Source of the DNA: a virus
Virus record (IMG/VR): IMGVR_UViG_3300032087_003621
Location: 32,001-96,000 of that record
Length of the DNA: 64,000 nucleotides
Direction: 5' to 3' (one strand)
The position numbers were made by a program, and so were the translations under genes. This document shows, one piece after another, positions 38,301 to 47,600 of this stretch. The notes beneath the pieces are model-generated. The model did not search any database, was not told the origin of the DNA, and worked only from the letters and a program-made list of their open reading frames with translations. The stretch's first letter is position 1, and every line of letters begins with the position of its first letter.

Positions 38301-41300
38301 GAAGCACTGTAAGAAACGCTAATGCGATTCTAGACTCTTCTGATACGACATATACCGTTGTTGCAAAAACAAGTGTTTCTCAAACATCAGGTACAACATT
38401 TGAACAGGTATCAGGTACAACATTTACTCAAACTTCTGGTGGAAACTTCACCACCAATGTAACGGGTGAATACTTAGTAGATGCATCTGGTGATATCACA
38501 CTAGATGCTGATGGTGGAGATATCTTCTTCAAAGATGGTGGAACAACTGATTATCAGTTTGCTACAAACGGTACCATATCACGAACAGGTGATATAACAC
38601 TTGATGTAACTGGTGATATTACACTGGATGCCGATGGTGGTAATTGGTTCTTCAATGATAACACTGTTACTCAATTTGAATTTATTGCTGGCACCAACAA
38701 AGAAATCGATGTTCCTTCTGGTGACTTAACAATCGATGTGGCTGGTGACATTACCCTCGATGCTGATGGTGGCGACATCTTATTGAAAGATGGTGGTACA
38801 GAATTCGGTCGTTTATCCAATAGCGCCGGTAGTTTACAAATATATTCACCCCAATCAGATAAAGACATAAATTTTGTAGGTAATGATGGGGGTACTACTT
38901 TTACCGCTCTCAGTTTGGATATGTCGGACAGTGGTTCAGCAATCTTCAATCACGACATCTACTTACCCGACAATGGTATTGCAAGATTCGGTAATGCTAG
39001 TGACTTAACGATTTACCACACTGGCTCAGAAAATATCATCGAAGCTCAAAATGGAATACTTGTTATTCGTCAGAACAATGACGATAACGATGTTTTAATA
39101 CAGAGTGACAACAGTATAGGTGGGGTAACGAACTACTTCCGCGCTGATGGTTCTACTACCGCAGCTATCTTGTATTTTGGAGGTAGTGAAAAAATATCCA
39201 CAACCTCCACAGGTATCAACGTAACTGGCACAGCGGTCACAGATGGTTTGACTGTGGATGGAACTGGGACGGCTATTGACCTGCGTTCCAACAATAATGC
39301 TGGTACGGCTCTCAACACCCTTCGCTTTACCGACACTGACCCAACGGCAGTAAATAACGCTGAAATAGGTAAGATTGAATTTTATGCAACAGACACTTCA
39401 TCTGTTGTAGCTTCTATTGTTGGTCATAACGGATCCGCCTCTCCTGATGGATACTTGCAGTTTAATACAGCTGAAGGAACTGCCTTACGCACACGTATGA
39501 GGATAGAAGACAGGGGTGATATCAGCTTCTATGATTCAGTGGGTAGTAGTCAACAATTCTTCTGGGACGCTTCTACGAGTCGATTGGGACTGGGCACAAC
39601 AACACCAGACAACACATTCCACGTTGTTTCTGGCGCTGCTGGTGAGGTAGCACAGTTTACAGGTGCCATCGAAGGTCGTGGTTTATCAATACGTTCAGAG
39701 ACAAACACAGACGCATCAGCGCATGTTGTGTTTAATAGTCAGTCTGGCGGTTCTAAAGGTATGTTTACTTTTGAGACTGATGGTGCAGAGCGGGCCCGTC
39801 TTGACGAAAATGGCAACTTGCTGGTGGGTAAGACTTCCTCTGGAATTATTAATGAAGGTGTAGAGTTTAGACCAGGCGGTCAAATATTTGGCACACAAGA
39901 CGGCGCATATCCACTTCTTCTCAACAGAGTAACTTCAGATGGCGATATAGCTCAGTTTCGCAAAGATAACGTCACAGTCGGTAGCATTGGTGTTGCTATA
40001 TCAGTACCTTACTTTATTAACCCACAAACAAGCGGTAGCGGTCTTCGGATGGGTACTGGAGTTATTCAGCCTTCTGATAACGCAGGTGCTAAATCTGACG
40101 CTAACCATGATCTTGGTTCTAGCAGCGGCCGCTTCAAAGACCTTTACCTGTCAGGTAGAATCTCTGCTGGTGGTGTGTCGGCGACTGGTTCGAATGGTAT
40201 CTGGATTGATTCGGCGACAGGCAATGTGGGTATCGGCACAGCGAGTCCTTTAAGCGTTATTCATTTAGTGGACGACACAAGCACAGTATACGACGCTACT
40301 GCATACCAAAGCGACTTAACGATAGAAAGAAAAAATACATCTGGTAACAATCAAAGCGCACATATACGTTTTAACGTGACTGGACATGAAGGGTCCACAA
40401 CAGGCGAAGCATCTATCGGAGCAGTTCAAACGGCGAACGCAAGCTCTGCTGACATTGTTTTCACCACTCGTAACGCAGGAACGCGAGGCGAGCGTATGCG
40501 TATCACCAGCGCTGGCAACGTCGGGATAAAAAATTCCAACCCTAGTTCTTACAGTGGCGATGGAGCCGATTTAGTTATTGGTACAACAAGTGGCGATAAC
40601 GGCTTAAGCATTATTAGCGGAACTTCAGGGACTGGAAATATTTACTTCGGTGATGTTGAGGAAACGGGAACAGGGTCAAGAAGAGGTCAGATAGTTTATG
40701 ACCATGCGTCTGACCACATGCGTTTTGCAACGGCAGCAAGTGAAGCCATGCGTATTGACCAGAACCGCAACTTGCTGGTATCCAACACTACTACAAGTAC
40801 GCCTGGTATTAATAACGCTACAACTGGTCACAGTTTAAGCTCTAGTGGTTTTGCCGCACACTCACGAGATGGTGGTGTTGCTGCATTGTTTGTAAACGTC
40901 AATGGCGCTCCTTCAAGTAAAGGTGTGTTAACGAGTTTCAGAAAACAGGGGGTCTACATTGGCGAGATAGGTTATGATGACAGTGATTTAACAATCTATT
41001 CTACCACTGCTAATCACATTGGATTACGATTTGGTAGTGGAGCAGTACTTCCGGTTAACAATGCTGGTACAGTCACCGCATCGATTGCAGATTTGGGGGG
41101 TTCGACTTATAAGTTCAAAGACCTCTGGATATCTGGTACTGCTAACTTACCCACAGTAGACATCGACGGTGGTAGTATTGATGGTACGACAATCGGTAGT
41201 ACAACAACGGCAGCAGCGTTCTTTACTGATGTTGATATTACAGGAACGTTAACAGCATCGTTGATTTCACCTACCACAGTTTCATTCAATGATTATGTTT

Positions 41301-41890
41301 CGGGTACTAACTCAAACATTCTAACATTCGGTAATGACTCTGACTTGGCCATCTACCACGATGGGTCACATTCTTATATTAAAGACAAGGGTACTGGTGA
41401 TTTAAGACTCACCACCAATGCGTTCGGTGTAAGAAATTCTACTGACACTCAGAATATGATTACTGCTGCGGAAGGCGGCGCGGTTACACTTTATCATAAC
41501 GATACAGTTAGACTCGCAACCACATCTGCTGGTGTAACAGTCTCAGGTCTCTTAACTGCTGATACCAAGTCGTTTACGATTGACCATCCTACTAAAGAAG
41601 GAATGAAGTTACGGTATGGTTCACTTGAAGGACCAGAGCATGGGGTATATGTTCGTGGTAGGTTGAACGGTGAGAATACTATTGAGTTACCAGAAGTGTG
41701 GTTGGGTCTTGTTGATGAGAATACTATCACAGTTAACTTGACACCGATTGGTAAGGGTCAATGTTGGGTTGAGGATATTCAGAACAACACGGTCACGGTT
41801 GGCGGCCATCTGAACTGCTTCTATATGGTTCTCGCAGAACGTAAGGATGTCGAGAAACTAGAAGTGGAGTTTCCGGCCGATGGGAGTTAG
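35390..41890 (+). CDS. Giant tail fibre protein (2166 aa)
   Basis: Thr/Gly/Asp-rich GDI.LDADG repeats, MRI...GNVGIG fibre repeats, C-terminal KSF.IDHP...LEGPE.GVY.RG domain. Confidence 0.85.
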   Translation: MADPYGYERPTLVDLGDNVNTFRRKVNQISDDLGDKRRLLTDAGTSLASDSDIVGNLIELDYRINETSGDLYLRANGGSLYIQNGNTSTIAAEFLYDSAAGTLSLVTPMSGDFTIDTVGDIILDADGNDIRFKNGGGGDEVVHTLANDANYTITAPADYLVDAVGDIDLDAGDLIIRFKANGTTHLTHTLGPTNFINSAQSLVRNISGALTDSASTSILRLSGTTTTDTVGTDYALAAGGNYTVDVDGSIADSAASISRTTTTTISDTSGTTYTVVAGTNISQTSTAGSTTHVSGTTTTHTVGTDYALTAGGNYTVDVDGAIADSAGTTISRTAGTNITDTASTGSYALNTGTTLEQTAGSSITQTSTTTFDQVSGGNFTTTVTGNALVDASGDITLSADGNDIVFDNGAGGDTVTHTLTDSGDYTVAQSGTGDYTVDVGGDIILDAAGDNIVFKDDGSTRITYTLGATTDIAMAGSLTTNVAGSITDSAGTTYAVVAGTSITQTAGTTFNQVSGGNFTTTVTGDVLVDASGTITLDADGNDVIFKNGAGGDTVTHTLADNADYTIIAPDDVVIDAVGNITLDADANNIFFRDGSVARVQYALGTSNVETWNGNLTRNVSAALVDSAGTSITTVSGTTTTHTVGTNYNLTAGGNSVVNITGSIDEDAGTTIDRTAGTNITDTASTGSYTLTADTNISQTATTGTITQTSGTTFTQTSGGAFTQTLGGNLTTNVTGNILIDASGQYNLSTDTTIKDSAGTAHTTVAGTQIVRTSGSSTTDTVGTDYTLTAENNINQTSTSGTITQTSGTTFDQVSGGNFTTTVTGDFTVDASGIIVLDTESDTITFKDGSAGHSVTHVFNPANGDYTVSAPRDYTLDIAGDIILDADGGDIFFKDAGTTNYQFATDGTISRTGDVALDVTGDITLDAAGDNIVFADAGSTRITYTLDATTDMALTGSLTHTIGGDYTENVTGSTVRNANAILDSSDTTYTVVAKTSVSQTSGTTFEQVSGTTFTQTSGGNFTTNVTGEYLVDASGDITLDADGGDIFFKDGGTTDYQFATNGTISRTGDITLDVTGDITLDADGGNWFFNDNTVTQFEFIAGTNKEIDVPSGDLTIDVAGDITLDADGGDILLKDGGTEFGRLSNSAGSLQIYSPQSDKDINFVGNDGGTTFTALSLDMSDSGSAIFNHDIYLPDNGIARFGNASDLTIYHTGSENIIEAQNGILVIRQNNDDNDVLIQSDNSIGGVTNYFRADGSTTAAILYFGGSEKISTTSTGINVTGTAVTDGLTVDGTGTAIDLRSNNNAGTALNTLRFTDTDPTAVNNAEIGKIEFYATDTSSVVASIVGHNGSASPDGYLQFNTAEGTALRTRMRIEDRGDISFYDSVGSSQQFFWDASTSRLGLGTTTPDNTFHVVSGAAGEVAQFTGAIEGRGLSIRSETNTDASAHVVFNSQSGGSKGMFTFETDGAERARLDENGNLLVGKTSSGIINEGVEFRPGGQIFGTQDGAYPLLLNRVTSDGDIAQFRKDNVTVGSIGVAISVPYFINPQTSGSGLRMGTGVIQPSDNAGAKSDANHDLGSSSGRFKDLYLSGRISAGGVSATGSNGIWIDSATGNVGIGTASPLSVIHLVDDTSTVYDATAYQSDLTIERKNTSGNNQSAHIRFNVTGHEGSTTGEASIGAVQTANASSADIVFTTRNAGTRGERMRITSAGNVGIKNSNPSSYSGDGADLVIGTTSGDNGLSIISGTSGTGNIYFGDVEETGTGSRRGQIVYDHASDHMRFATAASEAMRIDQNRNLLVSNTTTSTPGINNATTGHSLSSSGFAAHSRDGGVAALFVNVNGAPSSKGVLTSFRKQGVYIGEIGYDDSDLTIYSTTANHIGLRFGSGAVLPVNNAGTVTASIADLGGSTYKFKDLWISGTANLPTVDIDGGSIDGTTIGSTTTAAAFFTDVDITGTLTASLISPTTVSFNDYVSGTNSNILTFGNDSDLAIYHDGSHSYIKDKGTGDLRLTTNAFGVRNSTDTQNMITAAEGGAVTLYHNDTVRLATTSAGVTVSGLLTADTKSFTIDHPTKEGMKLRYGSLEGPEHGVYVRGRLNGENTIELPEVWLGLVDENTITVNLTPIGKGQCWVEDIQNNTVTVGGHLNCFYMVLAERKDVEKLEVEFPADGS
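38024..38631 (+). repeat. 143-bp imperfect direct repeat within the fibre gene
   Basis: 38024-38166 vs 38489-38631 (GDI.LDADGGDIFFKD.GTT.YQFAT.GTISRTGD..LDVTGDITLDA). Confidence 0.85.
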
Positions 41891-42587
41891 TTACGGGCCT
41901 AGTATTGTCAGTGACAGTTTAAAGTTTGTCATAGACGCTGGCAATACTAGGTGTTTTACGCCAGGCAATACTTCTTGTGTTAACATTATCACAGGCGGTG
42001 CGGTGACTGGTGCTAGTGGTCAACCGAACGCTGGGACCCATACTCCCAATACCGCAAACTTTCCTGCATATAACGCCATCAACGGTGGAGTGTTTGATTT
42101 TGCGGGTGGACGTGGAATGAACATTGATGAAGACTTAAATATTAGTGGTGCAATGTCAATCGATGTCTGGTATTATAAAAACTCTTCAGCTACACAATAT
42201 TTCTTTGATGGACGCAATCAAAATGGTAATTGGTTTCTTTCCAATTACACAAGTGGTAATATTAATTTTCATAATAATTTTATATACAATTTTGACACCA
42301 CTTATGATGCCAACAATGCCGATTTTCTTAATAGATGGCAACATCTCTGTATAACAAGTGATGCTACTGGTCCTAAATTGTATATCGATGGTACAGAAAG
42401 AACCAATGTATCAGGTAACAATAATGTAGATGAAGACATTCGAACCAACTTTCGTATTGGAACTCGTTACACAACATCAACTGAATGGACAGGTTATATG
42501 GGCCCAATTAAAATCTACTCTAGAGTTTTGACCGAAAGAGAAGTTCGTAAAAACTTTTTAGCACATCGTGCAAGGTTTGGTGTATAA
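41880..42587 (+). CDS. LamG/concanavalin-A-like lectin domain protein
   Basis: L...IDAGN, FDF.G, WQHL.IT, LYIDG, IYSR.L...EV..NF. Confidence 0.8.
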   Translation: MGVSYGPSIVSDSLKFVIDAGNTRCFTPGNTSCVNIITGGAVTGASGQPNAGTHTPNTANFPAYNAINGGVFDFAGGRGMNIDEDLNISGAMSIDVWYYKNSSATQYFFDGRNQNGNWFLSNYTSGNINFHNNFIYNFDTTYDANNADFLNRWQHLCITSDATGPKLYIDGTERTNVSGNNNVDEDIRTNFRIGTRYTTSTEWTGYMGPIKIYSRVLTEREVRKNFLAHRARFGV

Positions 42588-43309
42588 TGGGAGTTAGTTA
42601 CGGGCCTAGGATTACAACCGATGGTTTGATAATGCGAATCGACCCAGCCAGTCTCAGGTCCTATCCTGGGACTGGTTCTAGTATTACTGATGTCGCAAGT
42701 GGGCGAGTCGGAACAATCTCTGGCGTTACTATCAGTGACGGCACGTTTGATTTCGATGGCGTTAATGACCTGATTGATATGAACAATTCTTATATTAATC
42801 AAACCTCGAATACCTTAACCAGTGGAAGTTCTACAGGACAAAGCGACTACACTTTAGAAGCTTGGATATACGTTCGCACATCTCAAGGTACTACCACAAG
42901 TGCAGATAGTATTATAGGTTCTACGACTTCTGTTGGCGTAGGTATGCAGGTTGGGGTTTCTGGTGGAAACCCTCGAATGAATTTTGGCGCTAGAAGTACC
43001 AATAATTTCTATGGAAGTACATTTTCTTATAATCAGTGGTATCATGTGGTTTGGTGTAAACAACACAATACCTTCACAAACGTTTATATGAATGGTGAAT
43101 TAGATACTGGTCTTGTAAGTTTTGATGGTAATGATGATTATTACATCTTAGGGGGTACCTATGGAGACATAACCATAGGAAACTCAAGTGGCCGTGTTAC
43201 AGGATTTTTTGATGGCAAGATGGGTCCACTCTCAATTTATAATAAAGGATTGTCAGAATCAGAGGTTCGTAAAAACTTTTTAGCACATCGAGCAAGGTTT
43301 GGTTTGTGA
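42587..43309 (+). CDS. LamG/concanavalin-A-like lectin domain protein
   Basis: SYPGTG, FDFDGVND, WYHVV, YMNG, IYNKGLS..EV..NF. Confidence 0.85.
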   Translation: MGVSYGPRITTDGLIMRIDPASLRSYPGTGSSITDVASGRVGTISGVTISDGTFDFDGVNDLIDMNNSYINQTSNTLTSGSSTGQSDYTLEAWIYVRTSQGTTTSADSIIGSTTSVGVGMQVGVSGGNPRMNFGARSTNNFYGSTFSYNQWYHVVWCKQHNTFTNVYMNGELDTGLVSFDGNDDYYILGGTYGDITIGNSSGRVTGFFDGKMGPLSIYNKGLSESEVRKNFLAHRARFGL

Positions 43310-43343
43310 ATAAATATAGTATAAACTTTAGGTATTGTCAATA

Positions 43344-44585
43344 ATGGCTACGACAAAAATAACTCAGGTTGGTAAAAGAATCGTTAATGATAGTTCATTA
43401 ATTTTTTACTACGATATGACCAATACGATTCGTTCGTTTAAAGGAAAACCAACGACGAATTTGTTTGCTGGATATGTAAATCAATACGACACTTGGACCA
43501 CATCATCAATAGAATTTACATATTACGACCCGCTTCCAGAAGTTAAAATGACAGAAACTTCGGCTAACGTGGGACATTATGTTTTAAAAGACACCACGTT
43601 AACAGACGATACTGAATACACACAATCGATTTATGTCAAGCCCGTTGAGAGAGAACATTTTCAAATATCACCTTCAACTGGATTTCCTGTAAGTTTATAT
43701 GCTAACTTCACTTTGACCGGAGAAGGTAGTATCTCGGGTACGGGTGCTTCAAAGGCAACAATTAAGTTAATAAAAAGTGGACGATATTCTGGATGGTATC
43801 GTTGCACCTATACAGAAACTAGTACGTCTCCTGGCGCAGGAAGAATGGCATATGCAGTTATCAATTCCGCTTCTGCGACTCGTTTAGTAGCGTATGCTGG
43901 AACGCCTGGTTCTGGTGTATTAATTCTTGACCCTCAATTGGAAGCTAGTAGTTTCGCCACTCCGTTTATTGATGGGACGAGAAGTAATACCCAAGCGATT
44001 ATTGATTTGACAGGTAATGAAACCGTAACAGCTAATTCTCTTACGTATAATAGTGATGGCACATTTAGATTTGGTAATGGTCAATATATAACGCTACCTA
44101 ATGCTGCAACAACGTTTGGTACAGGTTCAGTCAGCACATCGGTAGAGTTTTGGATTAGACCAATAGACGATACTGATACAACAAGAATACCCGTTGGGCA
44201 TCAAAATGTATCCGGCGAAAGATTTTATATTGGGATTACTGGTAGTAATTGGGATGTAGGTTGGGGTGGCTTTGGTTGGAATGATGGATTTACTGGAACT
44301 CGACCCACTGCTGATTATGACATTTATCAACACATATGTGTCACAATAAATGCGGGCGTAGTAAGTCTGTATAAAAATGGAGTGAAATCGACGTTCTCTA
44401 AAACAGAAACAACTGTAACGCAGTCTGGCGTTTTTCCGATTGGAACTTATTTTAGTGGGGGAAGTCCATCTGGGGCTTATTATGGTATAGACGATATTCC
44501 TATTTTTAGAATTTACAGCAGAGCTCTCTCAGAAGCAGAAGTAAAACAAAACTTTATCGCACACAGAAAACAGTTCGGTCTTTAA
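43344..44585 (+). CDS. Carbohydrate-binding plus LamG domain protein
   Basis: GWYRC, PQLE....ATPF, LYKNG, IYSRALS..EV.QNF. Confidence 0.8.
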   Translation: MATTKITQVGKRIVNDSSLIFYYDMTNTIRSFKGKPTTNLFAGYVNQYDTWTTSSIEFTYYDPLPEVKMTETSANVGHYVLKDTTLTDDTEYTQSIYVKPVEREHFQISPSTGFPVSLYANFTLTGEGSISGTGASKATIKLIKSGRYSGWYRCTYTETSTSPGAGRMAYAVINSASATRLVAYAGTPGSGVLILDPQLEASSFATPFIDGTRSNTQAIIDLTGNETVTANSLTYNSDGTFRFGNGQYITLPNAATTFGTGSVSTSVEFWIRPIDDTDTTRIPVGHQNVSGERFYIGITGSNWDVGWGGFGWNDGFTGTRPTADYDIYQHICVTINAGVVSLYKNGVKSTFSKTETTVTQSGVFPIGTYFSGGSPSGAYYGIDDIPIFRIYSRALSEAEVKQNFIAHRKQFGL

Positions 44586-44592
44586 AAACCGA

Positions 44593-44600
44593 TATAAATA
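44593..44600 (+). promoter_or_regulatory. T4-type late promoter
   Basis: TATAAATA. Confidence 0.75.
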
Positions 44601-44638
44601 AATAGAAATGTAACCTCAACGAGTTTGGATAATCCACT

Positions 44639-47600
44639 ATGGCACTTGACGATAAAAATATTTTAATTACACCCAATACTGGTACTGCCAACGAACCAAA
44701 GATAGAATTTACTGGGGCAGACGCTAGTGGTAATGATACCATTACTCTCAGTGCCAGTTACGATGGTACAGTTTCTACTCTTTCGTTTGAAGCTTCTACG
44801 GGTCAGTTATTCAGTGTTGCGAACATCGATAGTGATGGTGATGGTTATTCTTTCTCAATCAACGACAATTCAGGTATTCCTGCCGTTCTGGTAGAACTTG
44901 ATGGTACAATTCAATTAAATCCCAACACAGGCAATGTGTTAATCGGCACTTCTACTGATGATGGTTCTAATCTATTACAAGTCAATGGTGATACAAAATT
45001 AACAGGTAATGTTTCTGGTATCACAGACCTCTACATTGATGACCAGATTATCTCTACGGGTGATACAAACACGTATCTTCAGTTTCATGCAGCCGACCAA
45101 TTCAGAATTGTAGCTGGTGGGTCGGAAAGAATAGAAATAACTAATGTAAGTCCACATGTTCTTATTACTGGTAATTTAAAGGTTTCGGGTGACATTGAGG
45201 CAACAGGTACACTAGACGCAATTAGTCAGAACGACCTCTCTGTCACTGATAGAAAAATTACCTTAAACGATGGTGAAACTTTAGCAGGTATTAATGGTGG
45301 TGCTGGAGGTGAACTTGCAGTATCAGGTATTTTCATTGATAGAGGAACGTTAGATTCAGCTTCTTTCGTTTTTAACGAAACAGTTGATGCTTGGCAAGTT
45401 AGATTAAATAGTGCGTTTGATACGCCAGCACTGGGCAATTTGCAAGCAGACTCTATTGGCGCTACTACTATCAACGCTTCGACACTAATAGGGAATTTAA
45501 ATTGGAGTTATATTCAAGACAAACCAGACCCCGTTGTTACTGTTACTTTAACGGGTGATGTTACTGGTTCTGGAAACACCACACTCACGGATTTGACTAG
45601 TGGGACAATCAGTTTTGCAACTACTATTGCCGCTAACTCGGTTGCGTTAGGTACGGACACGACAGGTGCGTATGTTGCTGATATTGTTCAGGGAGACGCA
45701 ATCAGTATTTCCGAAACAGCAAATAATGCGGAAGGAAATACAGTAACCATTAACCACGCTGATACATCATCAGTGGGCAACTTATCTTCTGATAATGCGA
45801 ACGGTACTGTACTTCAAGATATTTCATTCACCTTCGATACTTACGGTCACACAACTGCCGCTTCTGTAGTAACAACTAACCTAGACAACAGGTATATAAG
45901 GTCTTTCCAAGTAGAAGATGGTGATGGTACTGAAGTTACGATTAATCAGGCGAATGAGTGGAAGTTTGTAGAGGGTGCTGGAGATGGTGCTTCTATTGAT
46001 ATTAACTGGACTGATGTCTCCAATGGTACTGATGCTGACCCATATGATTTGACTTTTAGTGTAACCAACACAGATAAAGGTTCTGCACAAAATATTTTCA
46101 AAACCTTTACTGTTGACGATACTGACACTGAATATACTTGGGCCGATACAGGTTCCGCTGTCGCTGATACCAATGCAGATACGCTGACATTTGTTAGTGG
46201 AAATGATTTTGACGTTGATGTTGATGCCACAAATGATGCTATTCGTTTTCAACATGTTGATATAACAAGAACTGATACGACATCTACTGCGACTCCAGCA
46301 TATGGTGGTACATTCACTGTCATCGATTCTTTAACGACTAATGCCAGAGGCCACGTAACTGCTGCTAATGTTAAAACAGTAACAATTCCTGCAAGTGATA
46401 ATACAAATACAACGTATGATTTATCAATCATTCAGACAGGTGGAAATGATGATAATCCAGCAATTAGATTAGCCGCTGGGGGTTCTGGTTCAGGAAACGA
46501 TGATTTAACACTTACGGGTGGGGGTGCGATTACAATTACTCGTACCAGTGCGACCGGACTTACCATTGAACACACCGACACATCATCTCAAGGAAGTGTC
46601 GATAATTCTGGAAACACATTCATTCAAGATATCACGCTTGACACATATGGACACATCACTGGTATAACAAGTGCAACGACCTCAATCGGTAATGCAACAA
46701 TTACTATCGCAGGGGGTACTGATTTACAAAATACCGCTGGTGATTTTACAACTAATCAAACTGGTAATGAAACTATTACCATTAATCACAGTAATATAAC
46801 AAGAACTGATACGACATCTACTGCGACCCCAGCATATGGTGGTACATTTACCGTTATAGATTCGTTAACGACTAACGCACGTGGACACGTTACAGCTGCT
46901 AATGTTAAAACGGTAACGGTCCCTGCAAGTGATAATACAAACACAACGTACTCCATCAGTACAGTAGCCGGTGATGATGCCGTCTCAGAAAAAATTCGAT
47001 TAACTGCTGGTGGTTCTGGTTCGGGAACTGACGATATTATATTGGCTGTGGCACAAACTGGTACTACTGACGGTCTTGACATTTCTGAAACTGGTGATAC
47101 AATTACCTTTGCACACCATGATACATCTACTCTTAGTGGTGCACAAGGTTCTGCTGGTATTGCAAGTATCACCGTAGACGAAATGGGTCACGTTACAGCA
47201 GTAACCACCGCAACATACAATAACTATTCTCACCCAACATACACTACGCGAAGTATCAATACATCTGGTGTAGATGTTCTTGATGTATTTACGTCTGATA
47301 CAATTGGTTCTGTAACTAACATCACTACGAGGACATTGCCAAATGCTACAGCTTCTGTCGTAGGTGTAGTGAGCACAGGAGCTCAAGACTTTGGTGGTGT
47401 GAAAACGTTTAAAGGTGGTCAGATTGTAGTTGAAGGGACTTCACAACCTGAACTTACATTTAACTATGTTCCAGCAGATAATGCGATTGGTCTAAACGAA
47501 TCGTTAGGTAGGATTGAATTTAAAGGTACAGATGAAAGTGTTCAGGACACAGCAGTTAGGATTCAGGCAACTGCTTATGCTGAATGGGGTACTAGTACAG

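Noticed and set aside
41880-44585. Diversity-generating retroelement VR/TR pair
   Set aside because: No reverse transcriptase in the window; the matching stretches are short coding termini, not a non-coding template repeat
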